Shown here: positions 1 through 9,212 of the stretch, one piece after another | How positions within the stretch are numbered: the first letter of the stretch is position 1 | How the letters are laid out: the number at the start of each line of letters is the position of its first letter | Sequence record: SRR20825006_498 | DNA: 28,667 bases | Strand: one strand, 5' to 3' | Notes under the pieces: model-generated | Seen by the model: the letters and a program-made list of their open reading frames with translations, nothing else | Database searches by the model: none | What the model was told of the DNA's origin: nothing | Program-made: the position numbers and the translations under genes

Positions 1-311
1 TTGAAGCATCGGTGCGCTATCTGGCAAGCGACTATGGTCCGCACGGCATCCGCGTCAACGCGATTTCGGCCGGGCCGGTGCGTACACTTGCCGGGGCCGG
101 CGTATCGGATGCCCGGTTGATGTTTTCCTGGCAGCAAAAGAACGCACCGCTGCGTCGCTCGACGACGATCGAGGATGTCGGCGGCTCGGCCCTCTATCTG
201 CTTTCGGACTTGTCTTCCGGCGTGACCGGCGAAGTTCATTTTGTCGATAACGGCTACAACATACTGTCGATGCCAATACCGGAAATGATGCGCCGCGGCG
301 ATCCGCAGTAA
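1..311 (+). CDS. fabI: Enoyl-ACP reductase FabI, C-terminal part (5' end outside the window)
   Basis: Frame reads EASVRYLASDYGPHGIRVNAISAGPVRTLA...VTGEVHFVDNGYNI, the typical FabI C-terminus. The frame is open from the window edge and stops at TAA 309-311. Confidence 0.93.
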   Translation, partial: EASVRYLASDYGPHGIRVNAISAGPVRTLAGAGVSDARLMFSWQQKNAPLRRSTTIEDVGGSALYLLSDLSSGVTGEVHFVDNGYNILSMPIPEMMRRGDPQ

Positions 312-349
312 AGAACACCGGCAAGGCAGAGCAAGAACAGACCTGCAGC

Positions 350-379
350 AAGCGTCGCTTTTTTTAAAAGGCGGCGCTT
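350..379. terminator. Hairpin downstream of fabI, probable intrinsic terminator
   Basis: AAGCGTCGCTTTTT/AAAAGGCGGCGCTT inverted repeat (with G-U pairs), followed by T-rich GTGGTTTTGTTTT. Confidence 0.6.
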
Positions 380-1024
380 CGTGGTTTTGTTTTGGCCACA
401 AACCGGCGTAACAGCCTTTCTCCCGCCCAAGCGGTCCGCTGCAAGGTCTCCCGCACTGCTCCGACCAAAGCAAGGCCCGGTTTTATGCTCGACCACGCCG
501 AAAACTCTGCGCCGGTATCATCGCACTCAACCTGCAATACGAGCCGGGCCAGTGTGATCACATCACCGCATTTTTGGCTCAAGCCCCATAGACAGCCAGA
601 GCGCCGTGCGTGCGTTCGGACGTACCAAGGACGCTCGAACCTATTGAACCGACGCATCTTGCTTGCCGAAAAACGATTCCGCTTCTCGGACCGATAGGCT
701 AAACGAATCTGCATATCCTATTTTAGTCATTCGATTGCTTTAATTAATCATCTATTTATCGACGCACACCTGATCGCTCTCTTTAGTGGATTTTTATCCC
801 AGTTTCTCGTAAAAATAGGGGAAATTTCGACAATTTGTGGCATTTTAGCAACTCATATTTCTTAATCAACCGTATGATTGATTTTATCGAGTATACACCC
901 CTTGCTGGACAAAGGGCTTATCTGGCTTATAGAGGCCAGACGACGAGGGACCCTGCCCGAACGTCTTTTAACTGCCCGCGCGGACCTATCTACCCGCCTT
1001 TTATGACCAAATGAGGTATACATT

Positions 1025-2098
1025 ATGAAGTTGAGAGGCCTTTTTCTTGGCACAACCGCTGTGATCGCAGCTGCCACCGGCGCTAATGCTGCAGATCCTG
1101 TCGTTGTTGTTGAACCGCAACCCACCAACAATTACGTTGAAGCTTGCGACGCATTCGGCGCAGGCTATTTCTACATCCCCGGTACGGAAACCTGCCTTGA
1201 TATTGGCGGTTATGTCCGTTTTCAGGTTGATGCCGACGACGATAACTGGGGCGTAATGACCCGTGGTCATCTTGATATTACGGCAAAGTCCGACACCGAA
1301 CTCGGCGTTCTGACCGGCGATATCCAGATCAACGCCAACGCTTACAGCGACGGTCGTGAAAATGATGTTGTTCTCGACAATGCCTATATCGGCCTCGGCG
1401 GCTTCCAGGCTGGTTACTTCGATACCTATTGGGACGAAGGTCTGACGGGCGAAGTTGACGATCTGGCAGGCAACACCAAGATCACCGAATTGCGTTACAT
1501 CTACGCAGCGAACGGCTTCATCGCCGCCCTGGCTCTTGATGCACTCGAAGCTGACATGGTTAGCGGTCTGGGCAACGGCTCCACCAACATGAACAAGCTT
1601 GGTGTCGCTGGCCGTATCGGTTTCAATGCAGGTGGCGTCAACGCCAAGCTGGACGTCGGCTACGATACATATAACGAAGAAGCAGCATTCCGCGCTCTTG
1701 GTGAAATCGCTGCCGGACCCGGCAGCATCCTGATTGGTGGCCTCTACAACACCGGTGCAAGTGCCTATGCCAAGACCTGGGATGTTGATTACATGGGTCA
1801 GAGCGATGCGTACTACGGCTACAGTGAATGGGCTGTTGCTGCGGGTTACCGCATGAACGTTACCGACAAGTTCCGTGTAACCCCGATGGTTCAGTACACG
1901 CAGCTGAAGACCGACAACTCCCTCGGCCTCGGCAACGATCCGGACGGCTGGACCGGCGGTGCCTACTTCGAATACGAATTGGTCAAGGACTTCTGGGCCA
2001 AGCTCAACGTTCAGTACACCGATTACAACAGCGACCTGTCCAACTATGCCGACAAGTCCGACTGGGCCGGTTACTTCCGTCTGCAGCGCGACTTCTGA
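1025..2098 (+). CDS. Alphaproteobacterial porin (Omp2/RopA, Porin_2 family)
   Basis: Signal peptide ending ANA-AD; hallmark motif YVEACDAFGAGYFYIPGTETCLDIGGYVR; C-terminal beta-signal RLQRDF; GAGG RBS upstream. Confidence 0.93.
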   Translation: MKLRGLFLGTTAVIAAATGANAADPVVVVEPQPTNNYVEACDAFGAGYFYIPGTETCLDIGGYVRFQVDADDDNWGVMTRGHLDITAKSDTELGVLTGDIQINANAYSDGRENDVVLDNAYIGLGGFQAGYFDTYWDEGLTGEVDDLAGNTKITELRYIYAANGFIAALALDALEADMVSGLGNGSTNMNKLGVAGRIGFNAGGVNAKLDVGYDTYNEEAAFRALGEIAAGPGSILIGGLYNTGASAYAKTWDVDYMGQSDAYYGYSEWAVAAGYRMNVTDKFRVTPMVQYTQLKTDNSLGLGNDPDGWTGGAYFEYELVKDFWAKLNVQYTDYNSDLSNYADKSDWAGYFRLQRDF

Positions 2099-2119
2099 TC
2101 GACGCAAGACAAGCATTTC

Positions 2120-2185
2120 GACACCCGGCCCCTCCCGGGTGTCCACCTGAACGCGGAGATGCATCTGGCATCCCCGCGTTTTTTT
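2120..2185 (+). terminator. Tandem hairpins after the porin; the second is an intrinsic terminator
   Basis: GACACCCGG-N6-CCGGGTGTC (2120-2143, perfect 9 bp), then AACGCGGAGATGC-N5-GCATCCCCGCGTT plus T run (2150-2185). Confidence 0.8.
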
Positions 2186-2196
2186 CTGTTTAATGC

Positions 2197-2227
2197 TTGA
2201 CCTGAAGTGTGCTCCAGCCCCTAAGAG
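2197..2227 (+). promoter_or_regulatory. MerR-type promoter/operator
   Basis: -35 TTGACC (2197-2202), 19-bp spacer, weak -10 TAAGAG; dyad CTGAAG-TGTG-CTCCAG (2202-2217) lies in the spacer. This is the classic MerR-family geometry. Confidence 0.7.
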
Positions 2228-2256
2228 AGGTATCGTCGAGCCGAAAGGACAAGGCG

Positions 2257-2637
2257 ATGAAGATCGGAGACCTCTCCGCAATAACCGGGTTATCTGTCGA
2301 TACGATACGCTACTATGAACGTATCGGCCTGTTGCCGCCGGCTGACCGAAATGCGGCCGGTCAGCGTGATTATGACCGCGCCATTCTCGAATGGATTGCT
2401 TTTCTTAAGCGTCTAAAAGAAACCGGTATGCCGATTGCCAGAATGCGGCAATATGCCTTGCTGCGTGATGAAGGCGATGCGACCATTGCAGCGCGCCAGA
2501 CAATTCTGGAAGAACACCGGGTTCAGGTGCAACAGAAAATCAACGCCCTTCAGACTGCCCTTTCAGCGCTCGACGCCAAGATTGAAACCTACAAGGAAAT
2601 GGCGAAAAGCGATGACAGACACAACGAAGACGAATGA
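2257..2637 (+). CDS. MerR-family transcriptional regulator (AdhR/NmlR/YyaN-like)
   Basis: MKIGDLS...SVDTIRYYERIGLL HTH plus coiled coil. Start moved to ATG 2257, which follows AAAGGACAAGG. Confidence 0.92.
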   Translation: MKIGDLSAITGLSVDTIRYYERIGLLPPADRNAAGQRDYDRAILEWIAFLKRLKETGMPIARMRQYALLRDEGDATIAARQTILEEHRVQVQQKINALQTALSALDAKIETYKEMAKSDDRHNEDE

Positions 2638-3058
2638 AACACGCCTCGAACGCGGCAAACGCACACTGGCCGCAATTGATGGCGAAGCGGGCGAGAATGT
2701 GATTAAAAGCCTTGCCGAAATCGCGCCGGATTTTGCGACCTATCTTCTCGAATTTCCCTTCGGTGATATCTATAGCCGTCCGGGCCTCGATTTCCGCGAC
2801 CGAGAAATCGCCACCGTCGCCGCGCTGACAGCGATGGGAACCGCAGAACCGCAGTTAAAAGTTCACATCGAAGCTGCGCTCAATGTCGGCGTCTCCCGTA
2901 GCGAGATCGTCGAAATCATTATGCAAATGGCGGTTTATGCCGGTTTCCCGGCAGCACTGAACGGGCTGTCGACAGCGAAATCTGTTTTTGCGCTCCACCA
3001 GTCCGGAGAACCATCGTCACCGGTCGAAAAATTCGACCAGATGCGCTCCACCGCCTGA
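2612..3058 (+). CDS. Carboxymuconolactone decarboxylase (CMD/AhpD-like) family protein
   Basis: FPFGDIYSRPGLDFRDREIATVAAL...LKVHIEAALNVG...YAGFPAALN. Start ATG 2612 overlaps the end of merR. Confidence 0.9.
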   Translation: MTDTTKTNETRLERGKRTLAAIDGEAGENVIKSLAEIAPDFATYLLEFPFGDIYSRPGLDFRDREIATVAALTAMGTAEPQLKVHIEAALNVGVSRSEIVEIIMQMAVYAGFPAALNGLSTAKSVFALHQSGEPSSPVEKFDQMRSTA

Positions 3059-4606
3059 GCAATTGGCGATCGCTTCAATCAGCTCGCTTGTGCTTTTGGC
3101 GGAGTGGAATGACAATCCATAAGCTTTGGCAAGATATGCCATATCCGGAGGCGTCGGTTTGACGCCTTCGGGCTCAATACCGGCGTCCAGCATGTAATTT
3201 TCAATTTCCTGATAACCGTGATTGTTCCAGACGACAAAAACCACATTGACGCCTTCATCAACCGCCGTGCCCAGTTCGGCCAGCGAGAATTGCAACCCGC
3301 CATCACCGATAATGGCAATCACCGGGCGGGACGGATCACCAAGTGCCGCACCAATAGCACCGGGAGGAAGGTAGCCCAGAGATCCAAAGCCTGTCGCGGA
3401 ATTGAACCATGTGGCAGGGGCGGATGCCTCGAAGTACAGATTTCCGGCATAAACAAGCTGTGTTGAATCCCCCACGAACCGGGCACCGGCAAACTCACTG
3501 CGCAGTTGATGCAGCAGATTGACTTCGCTTTTGATCTTTTCCGAAAGGCTTTCCCATGCGGCCTTGCGCGTGGCAGCGGCACGATGGAAACCGTCACGGC
3601 GCTCGCCGTCCGGGCAATGCGCCAGCAGCCTTGAAAGAGCCGAAGCAGCATCCTCGACAATCGAGACATCGGCTTTTGGCCCGACGGCAATCTGCTCCGC
3701 GCTCAGATCAATGCGAATCAGTTTCTGCAGGTTTGGAAAGCCGTGATCAACATACATATCGTAGTCGGTCATACCGAACTCAGTTCCGACTGCGATCACA
3801 CAATCGCTCTGACCGATCAAGGACCGTACAGCAGCCAGGCTGGGACTTGCCGGAACCTGAAGCGGATGATCAGCCAGAAGCCCGCGACCATTGACGGTCA
3901 GCACCACAGGTGCATCGATCTGCCCGGCCAAAGCCCGGAGCGCCTCATCGGCCCGGACAGCACCGCCACCGGCCAGTATCACCGGGGCGCGGGCTGCAGC
4001 AATCAGACGCGCAGCCGCTTCGATGGTTGCCGCATCTGCTGTTGTCAACGGTCTGGCTGAAGCCTGCGGCCTCACAGCCTCGATGCGCTCAACCATCACA
4101 TCGGTTGGAATTTCCAGATGGACCGGTCCGGGACGGCCCGAATAAAGCGCTTCAAAACACTCGGCCAGAACAGCAGCAAGGTCACCACCGCGCATCAGTG
4201 TGACCGATTTTTTGACAAAACTTTTGATCAGCGCACTCTGGTCAGGAAGTTCATGAAGACACCCCTGCCCCTTGCCAAGGGTCGCGCGGGAATTCACACC
4301 GGAAATTACCAGCATAGGAATGGAATCTTCACGCGCCTGCGCCATCCCGGTCACAGTATTCGTCAGCCCCGGTCCGGTGATCACAAAGCAAACGCCGGGC
4401 TTGCCGGTAACACGGGCATAGCCATCGGCCATGAAGCCCGCTCCCTGTTCGTGCCGCGGCGTCACATGCCGGATTTTCGAAGCGGCAAGCCCACGGTAAA
4501 GCTCTGCTGTATGCACGCCGGGAATACCGAAAACGGTATCGACATCATAGGCTTCCAGCATGTCGACCAACGTTTCGCCAACGGTTTTCATGCCAGCAAC
4601 ACTCAC
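3017..4606 (-). CDS. aruI: ThDP-dependent decarboxylase, 5-guanidino-2-oxopentanoate decarboxylase (AruI)-like
   Basis: VFGIPGVH, RHEQGAGFMADGYAR and the ThDP motif GDGG...NN; adjacent to an AruH-like gene. Start is GTG 4606 (GTGA overlap with the upstream stop) or ATG 4591. Confidence 0.82.
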   Translation of the reverse strand: MSVAGMKTVGETLVDMLEAYDVDTVFGIPGVHTAELYRGLAASKIRHVTPRHEQGAGFMADGYARVTGKPGVCFVITGPGLTNTVTGMAQAREDSIPMLVISGVNSRATLGKGQGCLHELPDQSALIKSFVKKSVTLMRGGDLAAVLAECFEALYSGRPGPVHLEIPTDVMVERIEAVRPQASARPLTTADAATIEAAARLIAAARAPVILAGGGAVRADEALRALAGQIDAPVVLTVNGRGLLADHPLQVPASPSLAAVRSLIGQSDCVIAVGTEFGMTDYDMYVDHGFPNLQKLIRIDLSAEQIAVGPKADVSIVEDAASALSRLLAHCPDGERRDGFHRAAATRKAAWESLSEKIKSEVNLLHQLRSEFAGARFVGDSTQLVYAGNLYFEASAPATWFNSATGFGSLGYLPPGAIGAALGDPSRPVIAIIGDGGLQFSLAELGTAVDEGVNVVFVVWNNHGYQEIENYMLDAGIEPEGVKPTPPDMAYLAKAYGLSFHSAKSTSELIEAIANCSGGGAHLVEFFDR

Positions 4607-5799
4607 ACTGAAACCACCCTGTCGGCAGATGAAAGCGCGCTGGCAAAGCGGACGATCCGGCCTGCTGCTTCTTCCAGCACGATATCAGGCACTGTCAGCC
4701 CCAGACGGATAAAGCCGTCAGCCTCCTCACCAAATGACGAGCCCGGCATCACGGCCACATGCTCGCTTTCCAGAAGCCGAAGAGCGAAATCCTCGCCCGA
4801 CAAGCCAGTGGCCGAAACGTCCACAAACATGAACATACCGGCCTCCGGCATATAATAATGCAGAGACGGGGCACCGGCAAAGCATCCGGCAAGCAGTTCT
4901 GCACGCCTTTTCAGGGCTGCGCGCATAACCGCCGAGACACCGCTTGGATTGCGGACAGCCTCTGCCGTAGCATCGGCGATAAACGGCTGATTGCCGAACA
5001 ACATACTTTCAGCCACCGGCAAAAGTTTTTCGCAAAACTCCGCCGGACCGATGGTCCAGCCGCTGCGATAACCAGGCGCGGCATGAGATTTCGAGATCGA
5101 AGAAACCGTAATAGCGCGCTCCGCCAACGTCTGCTGAGCAAGGGGGGAGGCAAACTCACCATCGAAAATCAGCTCTTCATAAACCTCATCCGCCACAATC
5201 CAGAGGTCATGCTTGCGGCAGACTTCACCAATGGCGGTAATATCATCAGCAGTTAAAACGGCCCCGGTTGGATTATGCGGCGTATTCAAAAGCAGCACCC
5301 GCGCATTCGGTGTGATCGCCTGCTCCAGCAGATCGGCACGCATATGAAACCCGTCTTCCGGCTTCAGCGGAACGGAGACCATCTGCGCACCGGTTGCGCG
5401 GATCACCGCTTCATAGGTGGCATAAAGCGGATCGCCGACGAGCACGGCATCACCTTCTTCCACCAGCGTCAGCATCACGGCAAAAAGTGCGGTCTGGGTA
5501 CCGGGGAAACAGACGATGTTCTCGTGTCCGATCTTTCGCCCAGTGCGTGCGGAATAACGTGCGGCCAGTGCATCAAGGATCGGCGTTTCGCCGCGACCAT
5601 TGGAATAGCCAACCCGTCCGGCGGCCAGCGATTTCGCCACCGTTTGCGCCAGAACCGGGTCCGGCGCAACATCGGGCTCGCCGATGGTCAGTTCCAGAAT
5701 ATCGTGACCGGCATCCTTCAGCGCCCGCGCCTTCAAATGAACGGCCCATTTATCGGACCCCAGTCCCGCCAGCCGTTTTGAAATCTTTGCATAATGCAT
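4603..5799 (-). CDS. aruH: Class I/II PLP aminotransferase, arginine:pyruvate transaminase (AruH)-like
   Basis: NTPHNPTG, DEVY and PLP-lysine motif SISKSHAAPGYRSGW; N-terminus RLAGLGSDKWAVH resembles AruH; coupled to an aruI-like gene. Confidence 0.8.
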   Translation of the reverse strand: MHYAKISKRLAGLGSDKWAVHLKARALKDAGHDILELTIGEPDVAPDPVLAQTVAKSLAAGRVGYSNGRGETPILDALAARYSARTGRKIGHENIVCFPGTQTALFAVMLTLVEEGDAVLVGDPLYATYEAVIRATGAQMVSVPLKPEDGFHMRADLLEQAITPNARVLLLNTPHNPTGAVLTADDITAIGEVCRKHDLWIVADEVYEELIFDGEFASPLAQQTLAERAITVSSISKSHAAPGYRSGWTIGPAEFCEKLLPVAESMLFGNQPFIADATAEAVRNPSGVSAVMRAALKRRAELLAGCFAGAPSLHYYMPEAGMFMFVDVSATGLSGEDFALRLLESEHVAVMPGSSFGEEADGFIRLGLTVPDIVLEEAAGRIVRFASALSSADRVVSV

Positions 5800-5809
5800 G
5801 GTGTTGTCC

Positions 5810-6436
5810 TCAGCCTTTCAGCCGCAGCCCCGTAATCGCTTCAACCGACTGAATGCCGGTTTCAAGCAACTCATCATTTTCAAACAGATCGTCCGCCAGG
5901 CAGCCCTCAAGCCAGAGCCCGTCAAGTGCGGCATTGATCGCAATCGCCTGCCGCCGGATCTCTGCCGGATTGTCCGGCTGCCCCTCTACCCTGAAAACGT
6001 CTTTCAGAAGGTTCTCGATAAGATCCCGGAATTCGAGATACCCCTCCCGATGGATCGCCCCCATCGCCGGATCAATCCGGGCAATCGCAATGAAGGCGGC
6101 CCAGAGTGAAAGTCGCCTTGCATCAACCATGGGCTGTGTCAGGCAGGCGATAACAAGCAGTAGAAGACGCTCCCTCGGCTTTTTATCCCTGTCCGCCGTC
6201 GCTGCAGCTGTGATGCCCGTCATCTCGCCCATGGTCCGGCGATAGGCGGCCTGCAGAAGCTGGTCCTTGGTCTCGAAATAATGCCGGATCAGCCCACCGC
6301 TGACACCGGCCCGTTCCGCCACTTCACGCACTGTCGCGTTCTGGATGCCACCTTCGGCAATGCAATCCAGCATCGCGGCAATCAGATCGGCACGCCGTTC
6401 GGCATCGCTGGCGCGGCGGAAGGGCTTGCGGCTCAT
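5810..6436 (-). CDS. TetR-family regulator with BetI-like C-terminal domain
   Basis: HTH ATVREVAERAGVSGGLIRHYFETKDQL; C-terminal ALDGLWLE typical of the BetI-like subfamily. Confidence 0.9.
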   Translation of the reverse strand: MSRKPFRRASDAERRADLIAAMLDCIAEGGIQNATVREVAERAGVSGGLIRHYFETKDQLLQAAYRRTMGEMTGITAAATADRDKKPRERLLLLVIACLTQPMVDARRLSLWAAFIAIARIDPAMGAIHREGYLEFRDLIENLLKDVFRVEGQPDNPAEIRRQAIAINAALDGLWLEGCLADDLFENDELLETGIQSVEAITGLRLKG

Positions 6437-6437
6437 A

Positions 6438-7307
6438 TCAGCCCCGATAGAAAGGACGGGTCAGGCAGGTCGGCCCGCCCTCGCAGGCAATGCAAAGGGC
6501 ATCGGCTTCAAAAGTGTGAACCGTGCAACCAGCCGCTTCCATGGCGGCTCTGGTCTTGTCAAAACCGGCAACGGCAATCACATCGTTCGGGTTGGTCGGC
6601 AAGACGTTGAGGTTCAGACCGTTCGACGCCATGAATTCATCCGTCGGCGCTTCAACGAGCGTGTAGCCCTTTTCCTTCAACAACTGATAGAAGGGCGCGG
6701 GCAGAAGCGGCGCATAAACCAGCGCCAGTCTGTCCGCCAGCGGCGAAATCACGCTCATCAGATGCAGACAGGCTTCTTCGCCATGCCACAACGGCAGATC
6801 GAAGCTCAGAACTTCGACACCATGGGGAGCCAGAATGTGACGGACCTGGGCGATACCTTCAGCATTGGAGCGAACGCCGCGACCGATGCAGAGCGTCTTT
6901 TCATCCACCCAGACGCAATCGCCGCCCTCAACCGTGCCATCGCCTTCCAGGCGGCCAAGAACCGGCACGCCAGCAGCCTCGTAAAGCGCGGCATGGCCAT
7001 CCACTTCTCCCTTGCGCAACGGCTTGCCCATGTTGAGCAGGATGGCCCCGTGATCGGAGCAAAGCGATGGATCATGCGTGAACATCGCATCGGCGAGCCC
7101 ATCGTCGTGATCCTCATACCAGACGATCTCCGCGCCAGAAGCAGCCACCAGCTCGGCAAAGCGACCGTATTGCTCTATCGCACGTTCGGCATTGAAGGTT
7201 TCACCATAATGCCAGACAGCCGGGTCTGCTTTCAAAAGGCTCGCGCCCGGCTTGCGCATGATCACCCGCTTGATGGGTTGCGCCATTGTTTGCGCTCCGA
7301 ATGCCAT
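6438..7307 (-). CDS. Amidinotransferase/DDAH/arginine deiminase (pentein) family guanidino-modifying enzyme
   Basis: DAMFTHD, VEGGD, LHL and C-terminal GGPTCLTRP (catalytic Cys) motifs; 289 aa, DDAH-sized. Confidence 0.88.
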   Translation of the reverse strand: MAFGAQTMAQPIKRVIMRKPGASLLKADPAVWHYGETFNAERAIEQYGRFAELVAASGAEIVWYEDHDDGLADAMFTHDPSLCSDHGAILLNMGKPLRKGEVDGHAALYEAAGVPVLGRLEGDGTVEGGDCVWVDEKTLCIGRGVRSNAEGIAQVRHILAPHGVEVLSFDLPLWHGEEACLHLMSVISPLADRLALVYAPLLPAPFYQLLKEKGYTLVEAPTDEFMASNGLNLNVLPTNPNDVIAVAGFDKTRAAMEAAGCTVHTFEADALCIACEGGPTCLTRPFYRG

Positions 7308-7346
7308 CCCTGTTCAACTCCATATTGATCTGTGTATGGCGCGTAG

Positions 7347-7378
7347 TTATACACTTGCATAATAACTCTGCAAGTGTA
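7347..7378. promoter_or_regulatory. Divergent promoter/operator region with inverted repeats (candidate TetR operator)
   Basis: Perfect 10-bp inverted repeat TACACTTGCA-N9-TGCAAGTGTA (7350-7378) and overlapping dyad TTATACA-CT-TGCATAA (7347-7362), between the two divergent operons. Confidence 0.6.
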
Positions 7379-7476
7379 GTAATGGCGCCACTGAACAAAT
7401 TTTCATCGTCAGCCGCCAGTGCCTGAAATAAGAGCGTCACACCGGCTGACCTACCGGAGTCGGCAGAAGCATTTTT

Positions 7477-8274
7477 ATGAAGGCTGAGCAAAAATCGCGG
7501 GATGATGACCCCGCAGAAGCAGTCGCGGTTGAAGACCTGCACAAGTCTTTCGGCGATCTGGAAGTGTTAAAAGGCGTATCGCTAAGCGCACGTCAGGGCA
7601 ATGTTATCGCTATTATCGGCGGCAGTGGCTCGGGCAAGTCTACGCTGCTGCGCTGCATCAATATGCTGGAATTTCCGACACGTGGAAAGATCAGGGTTCA
7701 TGGCGAGGAGATCGCCCTGAAAGATGATGGTCATGGCGGGCTGATGCCCGCCAACCGCCGGCAGATCCAACGCATCCGCACACGCCTTGCCATGGTTTTC
7801 CAGAACTTCAATCTGTGGCAGCATATGACACTGATGCAGAATGTGATCGAAGTGCCGGTGCATGTGCTCGGCGTCAAACGTGACGAAGCCATCGCCGAAG
7901 CCGAAACCCTGTTGAAGCGCGTCGGTCTTTTCGACAAGCGCGAGGCCTATCCTTCGTTTCTGTCTGGCGGACAGCAGCAGCGCGCCGCCATTGCCCGCGC
8001 ACTTGCCATCCAGCCGGAAGCGATGCTTTTCGACGAGCCGACATCCGCGCTTGACCCGGAACTTGTGGGCGAAGTGCTGACGGTTATCCGCGATCTGGCC
8101 GAGGAAGGCCGGACCATGCTTCTTGTTACCCATGAAATGAAATTTGCCCGCGAAGTCGCCAGCGAAATCGTGTTCCTGCACAATGGCCGTGTTGAGGAGC
8201 AAGGTGCGCCGGAAGTCCTGTTCGATAATCCTGAATCCGAACGGCTGAAGAAGTTTATCAGCTCCGTTCAATAA
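7477..8274 (+). CDS. Polar amino acid ABC transporter ATP-binding subunit (HisP/AotP/OccP family)
   Basis: Walker A GGSGSGKS, signature LSGGQQQR, Walker B MLFDEPTSALD, VTHEM. Confidence 0.95.
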   Translation: MKAEQKSRDDDPAEAVAVEDLHKSFGDLEVLKGVSLSARQGNVIAIIGGSGSGKSTLLRCINMLEFPTRGKIRVHGEEIALKDDGHGGLMPANRRQIQRIRTRLAMVFQNFNLWQHMTLMQNVIEVPVHVLGVKRDEAIAEAETLLKRVGLFDKREAYPSFLSGGQQQRAAIARALAIQPEAMLFDEPTSALDPELVGEVLTVIRDLAEEGRTMLLVTHEMKFAREVASEIVFLHNGRVEEQGAPEVLFDNPESERLKKFISSVQ

Positions 8275-8341
8275 AGACTGAAGGCCGTTTTTCTGCGGTT
8301 TTCTGCCAACCGTTCAATGCAATAAGAGGGAACCAAATCAC

Positions 8342-9127
8342 ATGAATAAGCTGAAATCCGCAATGATCGGCGCCGCAGCCACCGCTGCCCTGATAGCCGG
8401 TGGCGCGCAGGCTGCCGAAACCGTCAAGATGGGCGTCGCCGCCGAACCCTACCCGCCTTTCACCGTGCCGGATGCCCAGGGCAACTGGTCAGGCTGGGAA
8501 ATAGAAATTGCCGAGGCCGTGTGCGCTGTCGAAGGTCTCGATTGCGTCATCACGCCGGTCGCATGGGATGGCATCATTCCGGCGCTGACCTCCGGCAAGA
8601 TCGACATGATCGTTGCATCGCTTTCGATCACCGATGCCCGCAAGAAGATCATCGACTTCTCCGACAAATACTACACCAGCCCGACCGTGGTGATTGAAGC
8701 CAAGGGCGCCGGCATCGACGCCCCGACCAATGAAGCCCTCAACGGTATGCTTCTGGGCGTTCAGGGCGCGTCGATCCACGAAAAATACGCGCGCAAGCAC
8801 TTCCCCGATGCGACGATCAAGATCTACGCAACACAGGATGAGGCCAATCAGGATCTTTATTCCGGGCGTCTTGATGCCGTCCAGGCTGACGGTCTGGCAC
8901 TGGATGAGTTTTTGAAATCGGAAGACGGCACGGCCTGCTGCGAGCTTGTCGGCACAGTTGCACCTGACCCGAGCGTTATCAGCGCCGATGTCGGCTTCGG
9001 CATTCGTCAGGACGATGGCGAACTGAAGGATAAACTCAACGCCGGGATTGCCGCTATCCTTGAGAACGGCACCTATGAGGAGATTTCGGCCGAGTATTTT
9101 GACTTCGACATTTACGGCGGCAAGTGA
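8342..9127 (+). CDS. Polar amino acid ABC substrate-binding protein (HisJ/ArgT family)
   Basis: Signal peptide AQA-A; EPYPPF, WDGIIPAL, SITDARKKIIDFSDKYY. Confidence 0.93.
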   Translation: MNKLKSAMIGAAATAALIAGGAQAAETVKMGVAAEPYPPFTVPDAQGNWSGWEIEIAEAVCAVEGLDCVITPVAWDGIIPALTSGKIDMIVASLSITDARKKIIDFSDKYYTSPTVVIEAKGAGIDAPTNEALNGMLLGVQGASIHEKYARKHFPDATIKIYATQDEANQDLYSGRLDAVQADGLALDEFLKSEDGTACCELVGTVAPDPSVISADVGFGIRQDDGELKDKLNAGIAAILENGTYEEISAEYFDFDIYGGK

Positions 9128-9143
9128 TCGCCAGGATCAACCG

Positions 9144-9171
9144 GTCGGAAGTGGAAACGCTTCCGGCTTTT
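9144..9171 (+). terminator. Intra-operon hairpin after the binding-protein gene
   Basis: GTCGGAAGTG-GAAA-CGCTTCCGGC-TTTT with a GNRA loop. Confidence 0.6.
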
Positions 9172-9212
9172 CCCGTCTGCCCGGCGGGTAAACAAGGATC
9201 TTTCAGCATAAA

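Noticed and set aside
364-714. ORFs 364-714 (-) and 392-697 (+) upstream of the porin, plus short ORFs at 17351-17752 and 18204-18452
   Set aside because: No clear RBS, mostly non-ATG starts, no motifs; they lie in probable regulatory DNA.
1001-2281. 426-aa minus-strand ORF over the porin
   Set aside because: Antisense shadow of a strongly codon-biased gene; no recognisable motifs.
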